From the NCBI GenBank assembly GCA_964057225.1, contig OZ059894.1, forward strand, positions 14,818,001-14,882,000: a stretch of DNA of 64,000 bases, read 5' to 3'. The notes below the pieces were generated by a model. That model did not search any database. It worked only from the letters and a program-made list of their open reading frames with translations, and had not been told where the DNA came from. The stretch comes from Auanema rhodensis. Its lineage: Eukaryota > Animalia > Nematoda. Every line of letters starts with the position of its first letter. Position 1 is the stretch's first letter. Shown in pieces: positions 25,974 to 40,442 of this stretch. The position numbers and the translations under genes are program-made.

Positions 25974-28900
25974 TTTGATTCTGAACGAAAGGCCATTTAA
26001 AGAAAAAAACAGGAAAAATAAAATAGAAAGACAATGAAAAACAGATAAATTAGATTTTAATATTAGTATTGATGATTTTACAAGAAGAAATATAAATGAA
26101 AACGATTACGGAGCTCTTACCAAAAAAAAAGGAATCGCAAGAAAGCAAAAGCTCAAAAATGAAGACTCAAAAATTCAAAAAAAAAAGGCTCAAAAGACAA
26201 AGAAAACTATGGAAATAGATATAGAAAATTTTAACCGCTTTATATCTTTAGAATGTTCAAGAAAAAAATGTAAAAAAGAAATTCTAAACTTCAGTAAAAA
26301 TGATTTATTCAATCATATGTATGATATATATAATTTTAGATATGTATATTTATAGATTAATAAAGTAACAAAATGACAATAAAAAAACTTATTTTCTATA
26401 GTAATATGTTCATAAAATCAACTTTTATATAAGATGAAATGTTATTTAAAGAAATAAAATAAAAAAATAAAAATTCATTATTCATTAAAAAATGATTTAG
26501 ATTTAATAGATAAATCATATAAACAAGCATGTAGTAGTAGTAGTTGTTGTAGTTTTAGAATAAAAGAAAACAAATCATATAAACAATTACTATATTTCAT
26601 ATATGACGTGTGTGAAATAAACGAAAAAAAAAGATTAAAAATTAATAGGAAAATGACAAAAAATAATTTATATTTAAATTGAAGAAAGAAAAACTAAATG
26701 ATCTCTAGCTATAAGCTCTGGGAGATCTATGAATAATTATTCAGATATTTATATTTATACTATACTAAACAGGTTTTCACTTGTTCAGTTTATATTTCTT
26801 ATACAAATTTCTTAAAAAAGTGAAGAAGTGAAAGAAGAGGGAGATAAAGACGTATGTGACCCATGTGCTGGTATATGTGTGGCCCTTACTGGCCGTGCCC
26901 GTTCGATTAGTTGAAAGGGCAGGGGTCTACAGACACACACACACATACACATACACACATACACATAGAAGAGCGAGCCATGGCCCAGCCCAGCTCAGCG
27001 AGATAGCTAGCTAGTCAAGCCGTCAGGCCAGCCATCTAAGCCAAAAGCAGCTCCAGCCCGCCTCCTTCTGCTCCTATTTCTTCTCTCTTTTCTCGCTTGA
27101 ACTCCTCCTTCTTCGGTTCTGCTCGTCCTCTTTGTTCCACCCCTTCCCTCCTGGTGCTACAGCTCCTCCTCTCCCTTCTACTGGGGTTCGTCTCATTTCT
27201 CTTTCCTTTATAGAAACAAACAAAATTATTGTTTATCGGTCTGACCACTCTCCCCATTATCATATAGTCTATAACATCTGCTCCATGTCTCTTTTCTTGT
27301 CTGCTCTCTCTTTACTTTGCCCTTAAAAGCGATATCTCTCTGTCTCGCCTATCCGCCTTATTTGAATGACGTCTCCAATTCTCTATGGTCGGGCTTCACG
27401 CAAAGCTACTATACCCACCGCCTCTCAGCATGTGCCTACATCCGTCTTTTCTTTTCTCTTTGCTCTGCTTCTCTAGTAATCTCTTTCATTGGCTTCATGT
27501 CTAGTATCCTTGTTCTCGCTCTTCCGCACCATCCGGTCACCAGTCGGCTACTTCAATTCATTTGCCGTCTACTAGCCAGCTGACCACTGCTCCAATGGTG
27601 GAAAGGATTCAGTTGGATTTCTCCTTCTGCTCTCTTCAACTGCAACGTTCTTTATATGATTCTCTCTCTTTCATCTCGTCTCGCTCACACTGCTGTCTTC
27701 CTTCCCAGCCTTCTTACACCCATTTTAAGCAAGATCCTAAGAGTGAAAGACAATCCATAGGTCATGCTTGAAGAAGAACTTAGCACGACAGGTGTGTAAA
27801 CGAATACAATTATGATTATATATGGATTTATAAATTGAGAATGTAAAAGATCTGATGATAGAATTGATTCGAAAAAGAAAAAATACCAAAAAAATATTGA
27901 ACTATAAAATCAAATCTTAATGAATTAAATTATGCTAATAATAATAATAATATAATTATAATTAAATAATTAAAAGTTAATAAATATAAATTAATGAATA
28001 AATTAACTATGAGTTATTTGTTAGCAGAATTCTTCTTGAGCTCTGCTTAGATATTTCCATGACAACAGCATCAGTTATGTGCTGATAGTCATGCGAAGAT
28101 ACTTACTTACTATGTTTTGATATTTGACCTGGATCACAATAAAATAAATAAGTAAAACTGTTCATCTTTCTTTTTAAAAAATAACAAAAAACTGACCGAA
28201 ATGAAATCAAAAGTGGAGAAAACTAAAATACAAATGTATTTACTATTCATATTGAGGACAAGAAAATATAAAAATTCAGACAAAATTTGCCAAATTGAAA
28301 AGATACTAGAGATTTAAACTTGCAAAATTGAATCTGAATATTTAAATATATTTCAAAGTTCAAAATAGAACAAAAGAAAACAGGAAGAAAAAGAAAGCTT
28401 TCTCAGTAATAGTTAGCATGTTTGGTCAAAAGTCAAATGTATATTAACTTACGAAAAAATAATTAAAACTTAATAATCATGTTTCTTTTAGTTAATGTTA
28501 CTATTAGATAATGTGATTATAAACAAGCATTCATTATGTTTACTAATAATGTAATGTTTAGAAATGTTTAAAAGTCTTCAGATGTACGGGATGCATGTTA
28601 ATAATAATATTTTAAACTATGTTGACATAGTTAGAAATCAAATTAGCATAATATAAACACGTAAATTTGCATAATTATCACGTAATACGTTAAAAAAGGT
28701 AAACAGTTATTTTTGATTTTCGAAACGTATTCGCTCTGTGTGAAGCCTTGTGGCATTAAATTTATCCTTTTATTAATTATATCTAATTAACTATGTAGTT
28801 TCAGCTGCACGTATCTTTAGGCATAAATATAATTATAGCATAAAATGGACGATTTCTAATTAAAATTATAGAAATATGTAATTCAGTATAGATTAATCAT

Positions 28901-29340
28901 TTTTAAACCTTGCAAACTTTGAAAATTTTCAAATAAATTTTCATAGCACTCAAACTATTCTTCTTTTGTATCAGATCTATTACAAACTTTCATCAAGCTT
29001 TCTTATATCAGAAATGAGAAGCTTATTTACACGCCATTTTCACTTTTGTTGTCCATAAAAAAGAAAAGTTGTTGGGAAACAAAGTAAGCTGATATGAAGC
29101 AACAAATGTTTTGAGAGAAAATAAGCAAAGAAGCTGATTTTTAACGGTTGGCTACTTGTCCCGATGTCATTTTATGTCAACTAGCAATTACGCAGCTCGT
29201 CATGGACATCCAACAAGGATACCGAACTTGTTTGTATGCTGTTTACAACCAGTTTGGAAGGTTTATCAGCAAATGAACGAATCAGTACTATATATATAAG
29301 TAAGCATTTCGAAGGACAATTCGAGAAAGAATTAACGAAG

Positions 29341-30792
29341 ATGATCAAGATCGCCTGCTTAGCAATTGTTGCCCTTACGGCTTCAGTCAGCTCATCGCCA
29401 ACATTCTGTCACTGTCCTAGTGGTGCTTATGGAAGTAAGTTACATCAAGAACTTTGATCATTTCTAATCAAAAACTAAAACAATATTGTCTATCTATACA
29501 TATATATGTATATCAAAGATATTTGATGATACGCGAGAAGCCTTCTCGATTTTCTTTGTCCTATTATCTGAAATGGGTCAAAGTTACATAATAAAGATGT
29601 TGGATCAGAATGATGGTTTTCATATCTGTTTTGATATTAAAAATATATTTCATACTTCAAAGATATTGAATTTTACTTCCAGTGACCTGTCCAAATCCAA
29701 TTCAGTTAAACTGTCCACCAGCACCACAGTGTCCACCAGCTCCACCATGCAATCCATTCCCAACTCTTCCATCTTTCGACCACAACAATGCTATTCAGGT
29801 TTTAATAATCACATTTATGTTACTTCTAATATTTATTCTTCTTCAGGGTATTGCCCAATTCACCTTCCCAACTTTAGCTCCTCTTGGACAGGGGCTCGGA
29901 CAAGTTACTCCAGTCCCAGTTACACCGCTTCCACTCCCAGTTGCTCCACCAAGCAATGGGCAAGAAAGCCTTCTTCCTATTAGCAGTCCTTCATCAGTAA
30001 GCATATTTTGGTGAATTTTTAATTTTAACTATACATTCAGTCTATTGGCCAAGCACCAGTAGTTGCTCCAGCCATTTCCCAACCAGCTTATCCACAACAA
30101 CCATACCAAGTTCAACCAGTCCAAGGTATCATACTATTCGCTATTCATTTTCATTGTAAATTTAAGTTAATGTCCAAGCTTCTAACCAATACCTCGAGGC
30201 TCCAGTCGATGCTACAACCAGAGCTACTACCATGGCTGGAGAATCGTACGTTCTAAACATTTACTTATTGTATAGTTCCTAAATTAAAGATATGTGGAAG
30301 CTGAATCCCCAGAAGAGTCTACCTCTCACACTGGAGTATTCGAAAATGAGCCAAACAGTACGCTAATAACATAAAAGGGTTCTCAGTAATGCTTTGTATT
30401 TTAGATGGATATCGTCAACCAGTTAAGAGAGATTCCGATAATTCTGATTCTTCTGTCTTAACCGACAAATGTAACGACAAGAGACTCAAGAGAATCATTG
30501 AAGAGGCTAGTATTCCATCTTAACTGAGCACTCGCTAATGTGTTTTTCTACAGAATGTTGACAGCAACCCATCCACTTCCAAGAGAAAGATCCAAAAGGC
30601 TGCTAGCGATGAGATCGGAGGATTATTCGATGTCATCTGCTCCTCTCATGACTTCTCATATTTAGCCAACACTCAGGTACTCCCAGAACTTCAAGAACTA
30701 TATGAAGTTGAAAAAAATATTTCCAGCTTTTCTGTGAGGCTGGTAACGATGATGTAACATGCTTCGCTTTCCTCCACTCAATCATTCAATAG
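29341..30792 (+). CDS. Ground-like (grl family) hedgehog-related secreted protein
   Basis: Signal peptide MIKIACLAIVALTASVSS, a Pro/Cys-rich and Pro/Gln-rich region, and a C-terminal ground-like domain KCNDKRLKRIIEENVDSNPSTSKRKIQKAASDEIGGLFDVICSSHDFSYLANTQLFCEAGNDDVTCFAF. Confidence 0.9.
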
Positions 30793-31115
30793 AGAACAAA
30801 CTTTTGTGAAAAAATCTGTTTGATTTCAAACGGCCGTTATCAAGTGCAATCTTCTTTTGTAAATTATTTATGAAATAATAAATATTTTATTGTTTTTTAA
30901 ATGATTTTATTTATTTTCAAGAAGCTCATCACAAGTAAACCCATGAGAATTTTCAAATAATTATTAGTTGTAAAGCTTTAAATACACAATAGAACCCATA
31001 GCAAAGACATGTCAATTTCTACTACAGTTATTGGAAATTCAATATAAAATTAAAATATATAAAAGAAGTTTTGTGATTGTTATTTGTATCATATTATTAA
31101 TATAATTCTTATAAT

Positions 31116-33247
31116 TTAATCAGTTGTTGTACAACTTCTAATAAGTTCTTTAACCGTAAGATTACGTTTTGCTACGTTCTGTCGTTCTGATAAGACGTTC
31201 TTGTCAATCGTTACATCAGTTTGATCAAGTATACTAAAACAATCATCCAATATCTTTTGACGGTCCGTACATGATATGAAAATCTGAAATTGTTTTTATT
31301 ATATTCATGAAAATTTTTTATTAATATGGAGAACCTGAACAACATTATCATCGATGCTCTCACTGTCACTCATTTCTTGTCCCTCGGCAACGCGCCATGC
31401 GACTCTCATTTCTGAGCAACTTCTGGAAAACAATTTCTTTTGATTAGATGAGATTCATCATCTACCTTTTAGGTATTGTAGTTTGATGAATAAGAATTCC
31501 TTCTGCCATGGGGAAATTCAAAACAGCGTTGTATCTTCTTGTTTCTGCAAAGCACATACAAGGCTGAAATTCAAGAAAACGTTCATCTATCATTTCCATG
31601 AAACTTGCCGGAACCTCTTCTAAGTCATATGAATTCTCGATTGCAAAGTTTTCCCAGCAGAAACAAGGCTTTGTTAATGATAAAAGTTGTTTGAAAGTAT
31701 CCCATTCTGGTTCCAGTGAGAAACCCAAAAAGAATATATCATTATGATCCTATAATTTTAAGAATAATATTACATTGTAAGAAATTAGTTTACCTTATAA
31801 AATCCTTTTATAAACAAAACACCTGAATATCCTTTAGGAAACACACTTTTCATGACCTATACATAGAAATATTCATAATTTTCTGATGATGTGACAGCAA
31901 AAACCTGAACAGCAAATGATTCCAACCCAGGTAACAAATCTCTTGTCTGTTCAACAGTAAAGAATTCAAAGCCAAAAGGTCTTTGAGATTGAATGGATTC
32001 TATAACTAAACGATGACTTTCTAATGTTGAAATACAACCTGAATTAAGATAATTAGTAAATTTCTCAAGTGGTTTTCTATGTCCAACCTATTATGCCATG
32101 TTTTGCCGTACACAATAAACTAAATTCTCTTCCATCGTCAATGTATTCTGTGACTAAATACTCTTCAAAACGATGAACAGTTGATTGTCTCTAAAATATA
32201 ATTTATAAAAAGAAATATTTATATTCTTTATTATTACTCGAAACCAAGATTTAAATTCTAATTCATTTCTTATTATTCCTACAGAATGAGCAGAATGTGG
32301 GCGGATGGGCTGTATGACAGCAGGAAATCCTCCAATCTGAAGATCATCATTAGTATATTTTAGAAATGCAGAAGCAGAATTATTTTTTTCAAACTCAAAA
32401 AATGAAAAAAATCACAAACCTGGGTTCGAACTGCTTCCATCCATTGTTCTGGTTGAGGTGTCCCAGATAAAGAGCACTGTCTGAATAATAAATAATAGAA
32501 GAAAACAAAGATTGTTGAAGAAAAAAAGTATTAATGAATGAAAATTCTAAAAATTCTTCTTCCTTTTCGCATTAACTAATCCAAAAAAGATGTCATCATT
32601 ATGGATTAATCGTACCTTAATGTTGCCAATCCGTTTCGTCTAGGATTAGAAATAGCATCACGTACACTGAATAGAATATCTAATTGATCCGGCAAAAAGC
32701 CCTGAAAAAAATGAATAATGAGCATAAATCAAGTAAACTGAGAATTGAAATCAAGAATTTCTATTATCTTTTCCGAAAGAACAAGTTATTTCGAAAATTA
32801 GTTTTACAAATAATGATTATTACCTCTATACCGAGTTCCTTACGTAGTTGAGCTATTGGTCTTTGTAATTTTCTTTCGAAAACTACTAATCTACGCTGAC
32901 TAGATGTATATATAGAACATAATTCTCGAACCTAAAAATTTAAAAAAATAAAGAAAAAGTTGAAAATAACTCATAAAAACCTTTTCTAAAAGTTGACTGT
33001 TATTTAGATCTCTCATAGGCGGTTCAACCTGATAATAAACATCTACGCTAAAAGAGAAATATCCAATGAAATGTATTTTCACAACAAACAGATTGTTCTA
33101 TAATTTAAAATTGTCAACTTACTTGCTTTCATCCAAAAGAATACGTGGAGGAGCTACTACAAACAAACGAACATGTGGAGGCTTTCTAAGGTCTCGTAAA
33201 CCTAATTTATACTTCCAAAGTACGAGTATTATTGTGTAATTTTGCAT
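31116..33247 (-). CDS. Divergent ATP-grasp-fold protein
   Basis: A multi-exon frame runs from MQNYTIILVLWK to ...LIRSCTTD-stop. It contains IGGFPAVIQP (cf. GYPvvlKP), SVGIIRNELEF (cf. GV..v.s.eel) and EEYLVTEYIDDGREFS (cf. lvEEyi.GrEfS). Confidence 0.65.
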
Positions 33248-36200
33248 AATTATTCTAAAATAAATAAATATAAGTAAAAAAATATAGACACAAGCTTTAG
33301 CTTTAACCAAGAAATTATATTTGTGGATTGAAAAATCGAAAAATCTTAAAATAATTATATTCAAATATAAATAAGTATATTGACTATGAGAAAAACAGAA
33401 TTTAAAGAAATATTTCTATAAAGTTCTTATAAAGAAAATATCGAAAAAAGCACATCTGGCTCTCACTATTCGATTGTCCAATTGCTTCTAAAGCTTCTCA
33501 TCGTCAACATTAAATTTAAAATAGCGAAGGACAACGAGACAGAAAATATAAAAAGAGTATATGAGTCATGAGAGGAAACTAGATAGGCCTATGGCATGTG
33601 ATAATATATAATAATATATGAAGAGAATATAAGCAAATTGAAAGAGATGAACAAACTAAAAAGGAGAAATACCCGGTCAATGAAAAAGAGTTATCCTCAA
33701 GACTGAGCAAGATGCTTGTTACATCCTCTCAGTGTCTTGCGTTCAGGCGGTGAGCCTCGTAACCAGTGGCTTGCTCTCGTTGCCAGCTTTGCACGAAAGG
33801 CTGATGGGAAAGACAAGCTGTAGAATCATGAAACAAAATGAAAATAAGAGAGAGACATTGTGCTACACAGAGAAAGAGGAGGAAAATAGCAGTGAAAAGA
33901 GGGAAGAGAGGAAGAAAGAGAGAGAGAGAGGGAAAGAAGACAGGAAATAGGAAGAGATGGGTGATTGGGGGGAGGGACAAACTAGGGTTAGTGTTTAGTT
34001 AAAAGTCGAGAAGAAATTCATTAATTTCTTATTCATTTGAGGCATTTTACGTCCCCGTGCCATCATTGGCCACATTCTCAGATAGCATCAAGCATAATTT
34101 TTAACCTGAAATATGTCCCTTAATGACTCGTAATAGTGACATCAGAAGCAAGTTTAATCATAAGCGTACATCACTTTATAATATAAGTAAGAGATACATA
34201 AGATTAAATTAAATTAAAACCAATTGAAACTTATTTAAGCATTATAAATATATTACAGAATATTGAAAACGTGTATAAGACAAAGAGTTTTTCTAATTCA
34301 AAAGATAAACTATGGAATATATCAATAAATATTTATACATGTATGTTTTATCGTAGGAATTGATTAAGAAAAAGGTGTTGAACGAAAAGCTTCCTGACGT
34401 AGGTTATTTTAATCCCGCCTTTCTTCATAGATAAGAGTCTTAAATCATGAGAGATTTTATTCCAGGATTTTTAGATAAACCATTTATTCAATCATAATTT
34501 CAAATAATAAGTTGTATTAGAGATTAATTTCAATTGAATAAAACAATATATTTCATATAAAATGACTCTGATTCGGAAATTATTTCCTCATTTGCATAAT
34601 TTCCTATTTTTCATTTTTAATTGAAAGCAGATAGCCAGCGGTTGCATTGATTTCATAGTCTAGCAAAATATTGATAAATATATAATACACATATGAATAT
34701 ATACATATGTGGTATTTTTATTTTAGAACATAGAAAAAGTGAATCCATGACATTTGAATAGAAACAAAATCATAAAAGCTATGCTACATTATACATATAT
34801 TAAAGAATGTAGTCATCATTAAAACATTACAAATGATAAAATGATATCTTTGTAAATCATCACGAATGTATACATCAAGTGCTATATCAGAAACATATTA
34901 ATATTTCTTATGAATGTTAAATTATTTTCAAAATTACCTTGTTGTACTACGAAATACATATGTTTGTAGATAGATAGATGTACTATTTCAATACAAAATA
35001 CTACTATCCGAAAAATTGAAGTTGAATACGTTGAAACATTAAGGAAAACAAAATATTCTTTCAAACATACTTTGTACCTTATGACTTTATAATTTGTATT
35101 TCATTTGCAATTGAATTTTAAATAATACTAATATCAATATGAAAATAATAATATAATATAATAGAAAGTGACGATTAGTAAAAAGAATAAAAAAGAAAAT
35201 ATAAGCTTTTTAGATATATTTTTGAAGAAGAGGAAGTATAAAAATAATATTGTACCAAAACTATTAAGTTGAAATATGCAGATGGAATTGTGAGAGACGC
35301 AGACATTTCAGAAATAACAACTTTTTGCCTTTTTATTTCTGAATATCACGAATTGTTTGTTGTAGCTAAATGAAGCTTCATCAGTACAATCTTAACATGA
35401 ATGATGTTGCTGCTATTCAGAAAAAGAAAAGCTGAATAGAATTACACCAACTATCATTTATTCTCATCTTAGTAGTTTCCATGGATATATTTAAATATCC
35501 TTTTGGAGTAGAAGTTTCATATATATTTGGAAATTTATCTATATACATATACAGATTAACAGTCAATCTAAGTGTTCTCATTGAACAAATTCAAACGAAA
35601 AATCAAAAATTTGTATTGAATTGCAACATTTGAAAATAATTCATAATATTTTTATTGTTGGCCATAGATTTGATATTTTGAAGCATTTTGAAGAAGTTTG
35701 AAGCAGTTTGACTTCGGCTTGAACTAAACATTTCAAACTTCTTCATTCCCATATATGACAGCTGTAAGTTCCATTTTCGATTTTTATCAACAATTCAAAA
35801 TGTTCGAGTTGAAAATATAAGGTCAAAATTGAAAGAATAAAAGATATTATTATCCAAAATACAGATACTTATATTTACAAAACTATAAAAAAACTATAGT
35901 ATTTTATAAAATAATTTTGATTATCAATAAAAGTTTACCTTGACTTACATACATACATATCTGCTATTTATGTTATTTTCTTACCATCAATACTTTAAAT
36001 ACAATTTTTTTATTATTCTTTTAAGCTGATGATGATTTGTCTATTCTTATTCTTTTTATTTTATATTTATAAATCTTTAAATACTTTTTTGAATAAATAT
36101 GAATACATACATACATATATGTATATGTAATATATAGCTATAACAAAACTTATCTGTTAAAAAACTTTTTTTTAAACTGAAAAGTTGACATGAAAAATAA

Positions 36201-36315
36201 TCGATTTGATAATAAAAACCTTATTTTCATTAAAAATCGAATATTATTTTACTTACAAAAATACCATACATGAAACAGATTAAAACGAATTATTAGTTGG
36301 CCACATTTGAAAGAT

Positions 36316-36781
36316 TCAAAATTTTACGGAAGAAATCTTAAATGATTTCATATCGTTTAAATATTTCTTTTTTTCAAATGTAAGATATTCTTTGAGCTTG
36401 GTGACGTTATAAGCTTTAGGAAGTAGATCTTCGAGAAATTCATAGCGGGGCAATTGGTTATCAGAATAGTCCAGCTCCTCTTTGGATATCGGAGGACGGC
36501 TGACAATGTGGTTCACGAATACCGAAAGAAGAAGAAGAATTCGAAATGTTCCTGAAAACAAAAAACAATTGTATTTATGTACATACATATACGTGGATTA
36601 ATTTCCTTATTTTATTTGTTGGAATCACAAAAATGTTGAGTTAAACTTAAAGTACAGTCAATCGAAAATAAGCAATTGAAGCGTATAAAAATACGTTTTA
36701 AATTTTAAGTAGATCAAAGCTATAGATATTTAAGAAAAATATGAAATAAACAGAGAATTAAAACGAAAACTTACCGATCAT
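36316..36781 (-). CDS. Small (about 80 aa) predicted secreted protein, unknown function
   Basis: Micro first exon ATGATCG|gtaag (36781-36775) spliced to tttcag|GAACA (36551) gives MIGTFRILLLLSVFVNHIVS-RPPISKEELDYSDNQLPRYEF...ISSVKF-stop. Confidence 0.6.
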
Positions 36782-37532
36782 GTGTTAGAATCGAATGAAA
36801 TCGAAACGTCAAACCCGTTTTAATATCAAAAACATTAGAAGAAACAGAGACCAAAAAGCATATAGAAGTTATCAAATTGAACTCTTGAAGTATTTGTCGT
36901 CTATATCGGTAAATTCAACCTTTTTAATATTGTTTTCAGGGCCCTGTTGCTACATTTCCATCAAAAGAATTTACAAAATTTCAACTGAAAATAGCAATAG
37001 TATACAAACAATTTTACGATTGAAAGGCATGTAATATTTGATAAAAGAAAAGATATTTAAAAGGAATTTACAGAATATTGTTGCTTCCAAATCCTCTTTT
37101 TTCACCCCCAACATCTTGCTGATTTTTAATATCATTATAGATCTTTTGAAAAGAAAAGAAGATCAAATAATTGTTTAGGATAAAATATGCTGATTGTTAT
37201 TCTGATAATCTTTTTCTCTTCTTTTGAAAACTAATGGAAATTTGAAGAATGGATAACAAAGAAAATACGTCTATATCAGAAGTAATCCATATATCCACGT
37301 AACAAAAACTAAAAAAAAACTTAAATATATCTTTAAAACCCCTTTCAAAGAAGCATAAATCCATATTTACGTATATGTCTGAATTAATATTCATTTTTGA
37401 GGATATATATACATATATACATAGCATTATTGTACAAAATACTTTAGAAGGATTAATAAATATGACAGAGTACAATATAAGGAGAAATCCCAGAGTATTT
37501 TTTTCTCCCAATAAAAAAATTATTTACAATAA

Positions 37533-38032
37533 TCATAAATTGATAGAATTCACGATTATTACATGATAGTCCAATACACCTCTCATACATTCCATGAATT
37601 CAAAGCCATTTGATACAGTAAAGCCAACCAAATCTTTTGAGCCGTAGTGAATGACCACATTACATTTCACAGTATCGGATATGAAGCGATAGCATCTAAA
37701 AATGTTTTTTTTTGTAAATTTGATATTTCAGATATATTTAGAAGTTCTAGTAATTTTCAAAGAAAAACCAACCTTTTCACATCCAATGCCCAATAGATGC
37801 CGTTTTGGCTTTTACCCCACGTTTTTTTATGAGAACATTTCCCAAGGTCTTCTTCCTGCAAAATATAAAAACCATTTAAAAATTCAGATAAAAAATGAAT
37901 TACCTCAAACCAAAGTATACTTATTCCATCTAAGGCAAAGCGACGAGTTTTTTTATTAGGAAAGTAATAGTTTTTAACAGTTAATACTGAATCTGTTAAA
38001 CATACAAAGTCGTCTTCATATACTGCCGCCAT
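37533..38032 (-). CDS. Small conserved hypothetical protein, possibly PH-like fold
   Basis: Three exons in frame: MAAVYEDDFVCLTDSVLTVKNYYFPNKKTRRFALDGISILWFE|EEDLGKCSHKKTWGKSQNGIYWALDVK|RCYRFISDTVKCNVVIHYGSKDLVGFTVSNGFEFMECMRGVLDYHVIIVNSINL. It is beta-rich with a C-terminal helix. Confidence 0.75.
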
Positions 38033-39745
38033 TCTAAAAATATCAGCTATAGTAAAACATTCATAAAAATAGAAAACAAAATTATAGAAGACCTAGTTTC
38101 AAGATAAAGCACAACTCCTCATATCTGTCGCATTTTATATCCCTTAGATTAGGAGCTCCGCCTCCGAGATTCAGCATATCCTCTACCATTTAAAAGAAAA
38201 AATCGGATGCGTATGCTAAAGCTGAGAATTATGTAATATTATTCATTAACTTATCAGATTTTTATCACCACATAAATACTTGTTGATGTAGATACTACAA
38301 CCAAACAAATTCATAAATCCACACTTCAAACGTCATTGTGCTCAAAAATTTGATTACACCCTCAAAATCATCTTAGAATTGGAAGATCGGAAGATACTAT
38401 TTTTAGAAAGATACCACTTTTAAATTTTCTTCATTCCCATTTTTTTTTACTTTTTAAATTTTAAAAACCAACAGTACAATGCGCATGCATCAGTTTAAAT
38501 GAATAAGTTGACCAATCGAAGATCTACAAGATGTTAACTCACGTGGAACAAGCCTGATTAAATAGGAAACATTTTTTTACATCATAAGATATGTTATCTT
38601 ATTTAATTGAAAAGGAACTAAGGCAATCCGGAAAACGGAAATGATTAACACCTGCACGGATGTTACCATATTATCACATGTCACTGTTGCAAATAAGCTA
38701 ATGTTTTTCCTAAACTGGGTCAAAATTTTACACAAAGATTAATAATCATGTCCATGAAAATGTTGAGCTTTTATTCACTGAAACTAGAGTTGTTAAACCA
38801 TTGCCGTTACGAAATTACAGATTTATCATTTCAAAATATCATTTAAAAGACAATCACTTAATTTCAATTTCAAGTCCCAGTAGATTACTGCTTTTATAAG
38901 AAAAGTACGATTGTTATAAAGACACATAATGTAAATAATTATTATGTTATTGGTAATTGTTATTTCTTTCAATTTATTTAAATTTGTCCATATCGTTCAA
39001 ATGTACTTTCGAAAATTTATTCTGTATACTTCCTACATAGTCGTGAACATCCCTTGAGCCTAAATATGTTCGTACTATCTATGAATTCTAAGAATAAATT
39101 CTGTAAAACAGTACTGATAACGTGAGCGCTCCAAATATAATAAAAGGATAATAATATAACAAAATTTAGATTAATTCTAAATTTCAAAACAAAGCGTCAC
39201 GTATTTCTTGCTAAAAAAAACCATTGACATCAACAATGACTTCTAATTGGAAGATCCTATACAAAATAAATAGCCTTAGAATGTATTATTTCTTAAAAAG
39301 GTCATCAATCAGAAGCATAACTAGAATTGTTCTCCAAATAAAATCGGGAAATATGCTGATGATGAATAAGTTCAGAGATAACCTTCGTAATTTGTAAAAC
39401 GTGCCCCAATGCGAATTCCTTTCACTGCGTATTTACTGAGTATTTGATGTTTTTACGCTATGCTTGTCTGATGCACTGCGTTCCACTAGTTTCAGAGGGT
39501 TTTCCCAAAATCTTTCGGTATTTTTTAATTTGCAAATCGAAGTTTTTTTGTTTTGTGCTATAAAACTATATTAGTTTTAATGTTGTAATGATATTTAATT
39601 TCGGCTTTGTTCCATTTTGAAGTTATAGTTGTTGCTCCTGTACTTATTAAAGATATTTCTTTTAATTTATTTGTTCTTGTCTATTGCTTAAATTACGTTT
39701 TCAATTTTTTAGTATTTTACAGTTTATCTTACTTGGCAAGTAATC

Positions 39746-40303
39746 ATGCAGATCTTTGTTAGCGCCCTTGACGGAGGACTTCACCGTTTCGATGTGTCCG
39801 CTGAGACCACCGTTGCTTCCTTGAAGGTACTGTTAATTTGATCTAACCAAAATTTAAATATAGCTATTTTAGCAAAAAATCGGAGCCTCTGATGAGCTCC
39901 TTTCCTTCGGATCCAAGATCCTCGATGATGGAGCCGCTACTCTCTGCTCCCTCGACATCGTCAACGGATCTTCCTTGGCCATCAACGCCAGACTTTTGGG
40001 AGGTTAGTCCTTTCTAATTCGTTTTATCTTTTTGCTCTTTTCTTCTATTTATGTTTTTATTTTTTTTCTTTAGGTAAGGTTCACGGTTCCCTCGCTCGTG
40101 CCGGTAAGGTTCGTGCTCAGACCCCAAAGGTTGACAAGCAAGAGAAGAAGAAGAGAAAGCAAGGTTTGTGTTAAAAATTAATTGCATTGGTTATTTTTGT
40201 TTCTTTAGGACGTGCTGCCCGCCGTATCCAGTACACTCGCCGTTTCCTCAACGTCGCTACTGGACCAGGAAAGAAGCGTGGACCTAACTCTAACTCCGCT
40301 TAA
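39746..40303 (+). CDS. rps-30: Ubiquitin-like FUBI / 40S ribosomal protein S30 (eS30) fusion
   Basis: [11 protein letters not shown]...ARLLGG|[60 protein letters not shown], in four exons with strong high-expression codon bias. Confidence 0.97.
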
Positions 40304-40442
40304 TTTGTTGTTATAACCACTTTGATATAAAGTTGTTTTTCTTCCTATTTTTGTCGTTGAATTGAAGTTTGAATACACTTTGTAGTATTTTGGGGATTAA
40401 TAGTAACTTGAAGCATAATAACCGAATGCTATTTAGAAATTA

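Noticed and set aside
36440-36460. LPRY resembling luqin/LURY-1 RYamide peptides
   Set aside because: There is no following Gly-Lys/Arg amidation and cleavage signal, and it is a single copy.
39353-39443. Possible C/D-box snoRNA upstream of rps-30 (ATGATGA at 39359, CTGA at 39436, 4-bp terminal stem)
   Set aside because: I could not recognise an rRNA or snRNA antisense guide, and such boxes arise often by chance in AT-rich DNA. It needs snoscan or Infernal.
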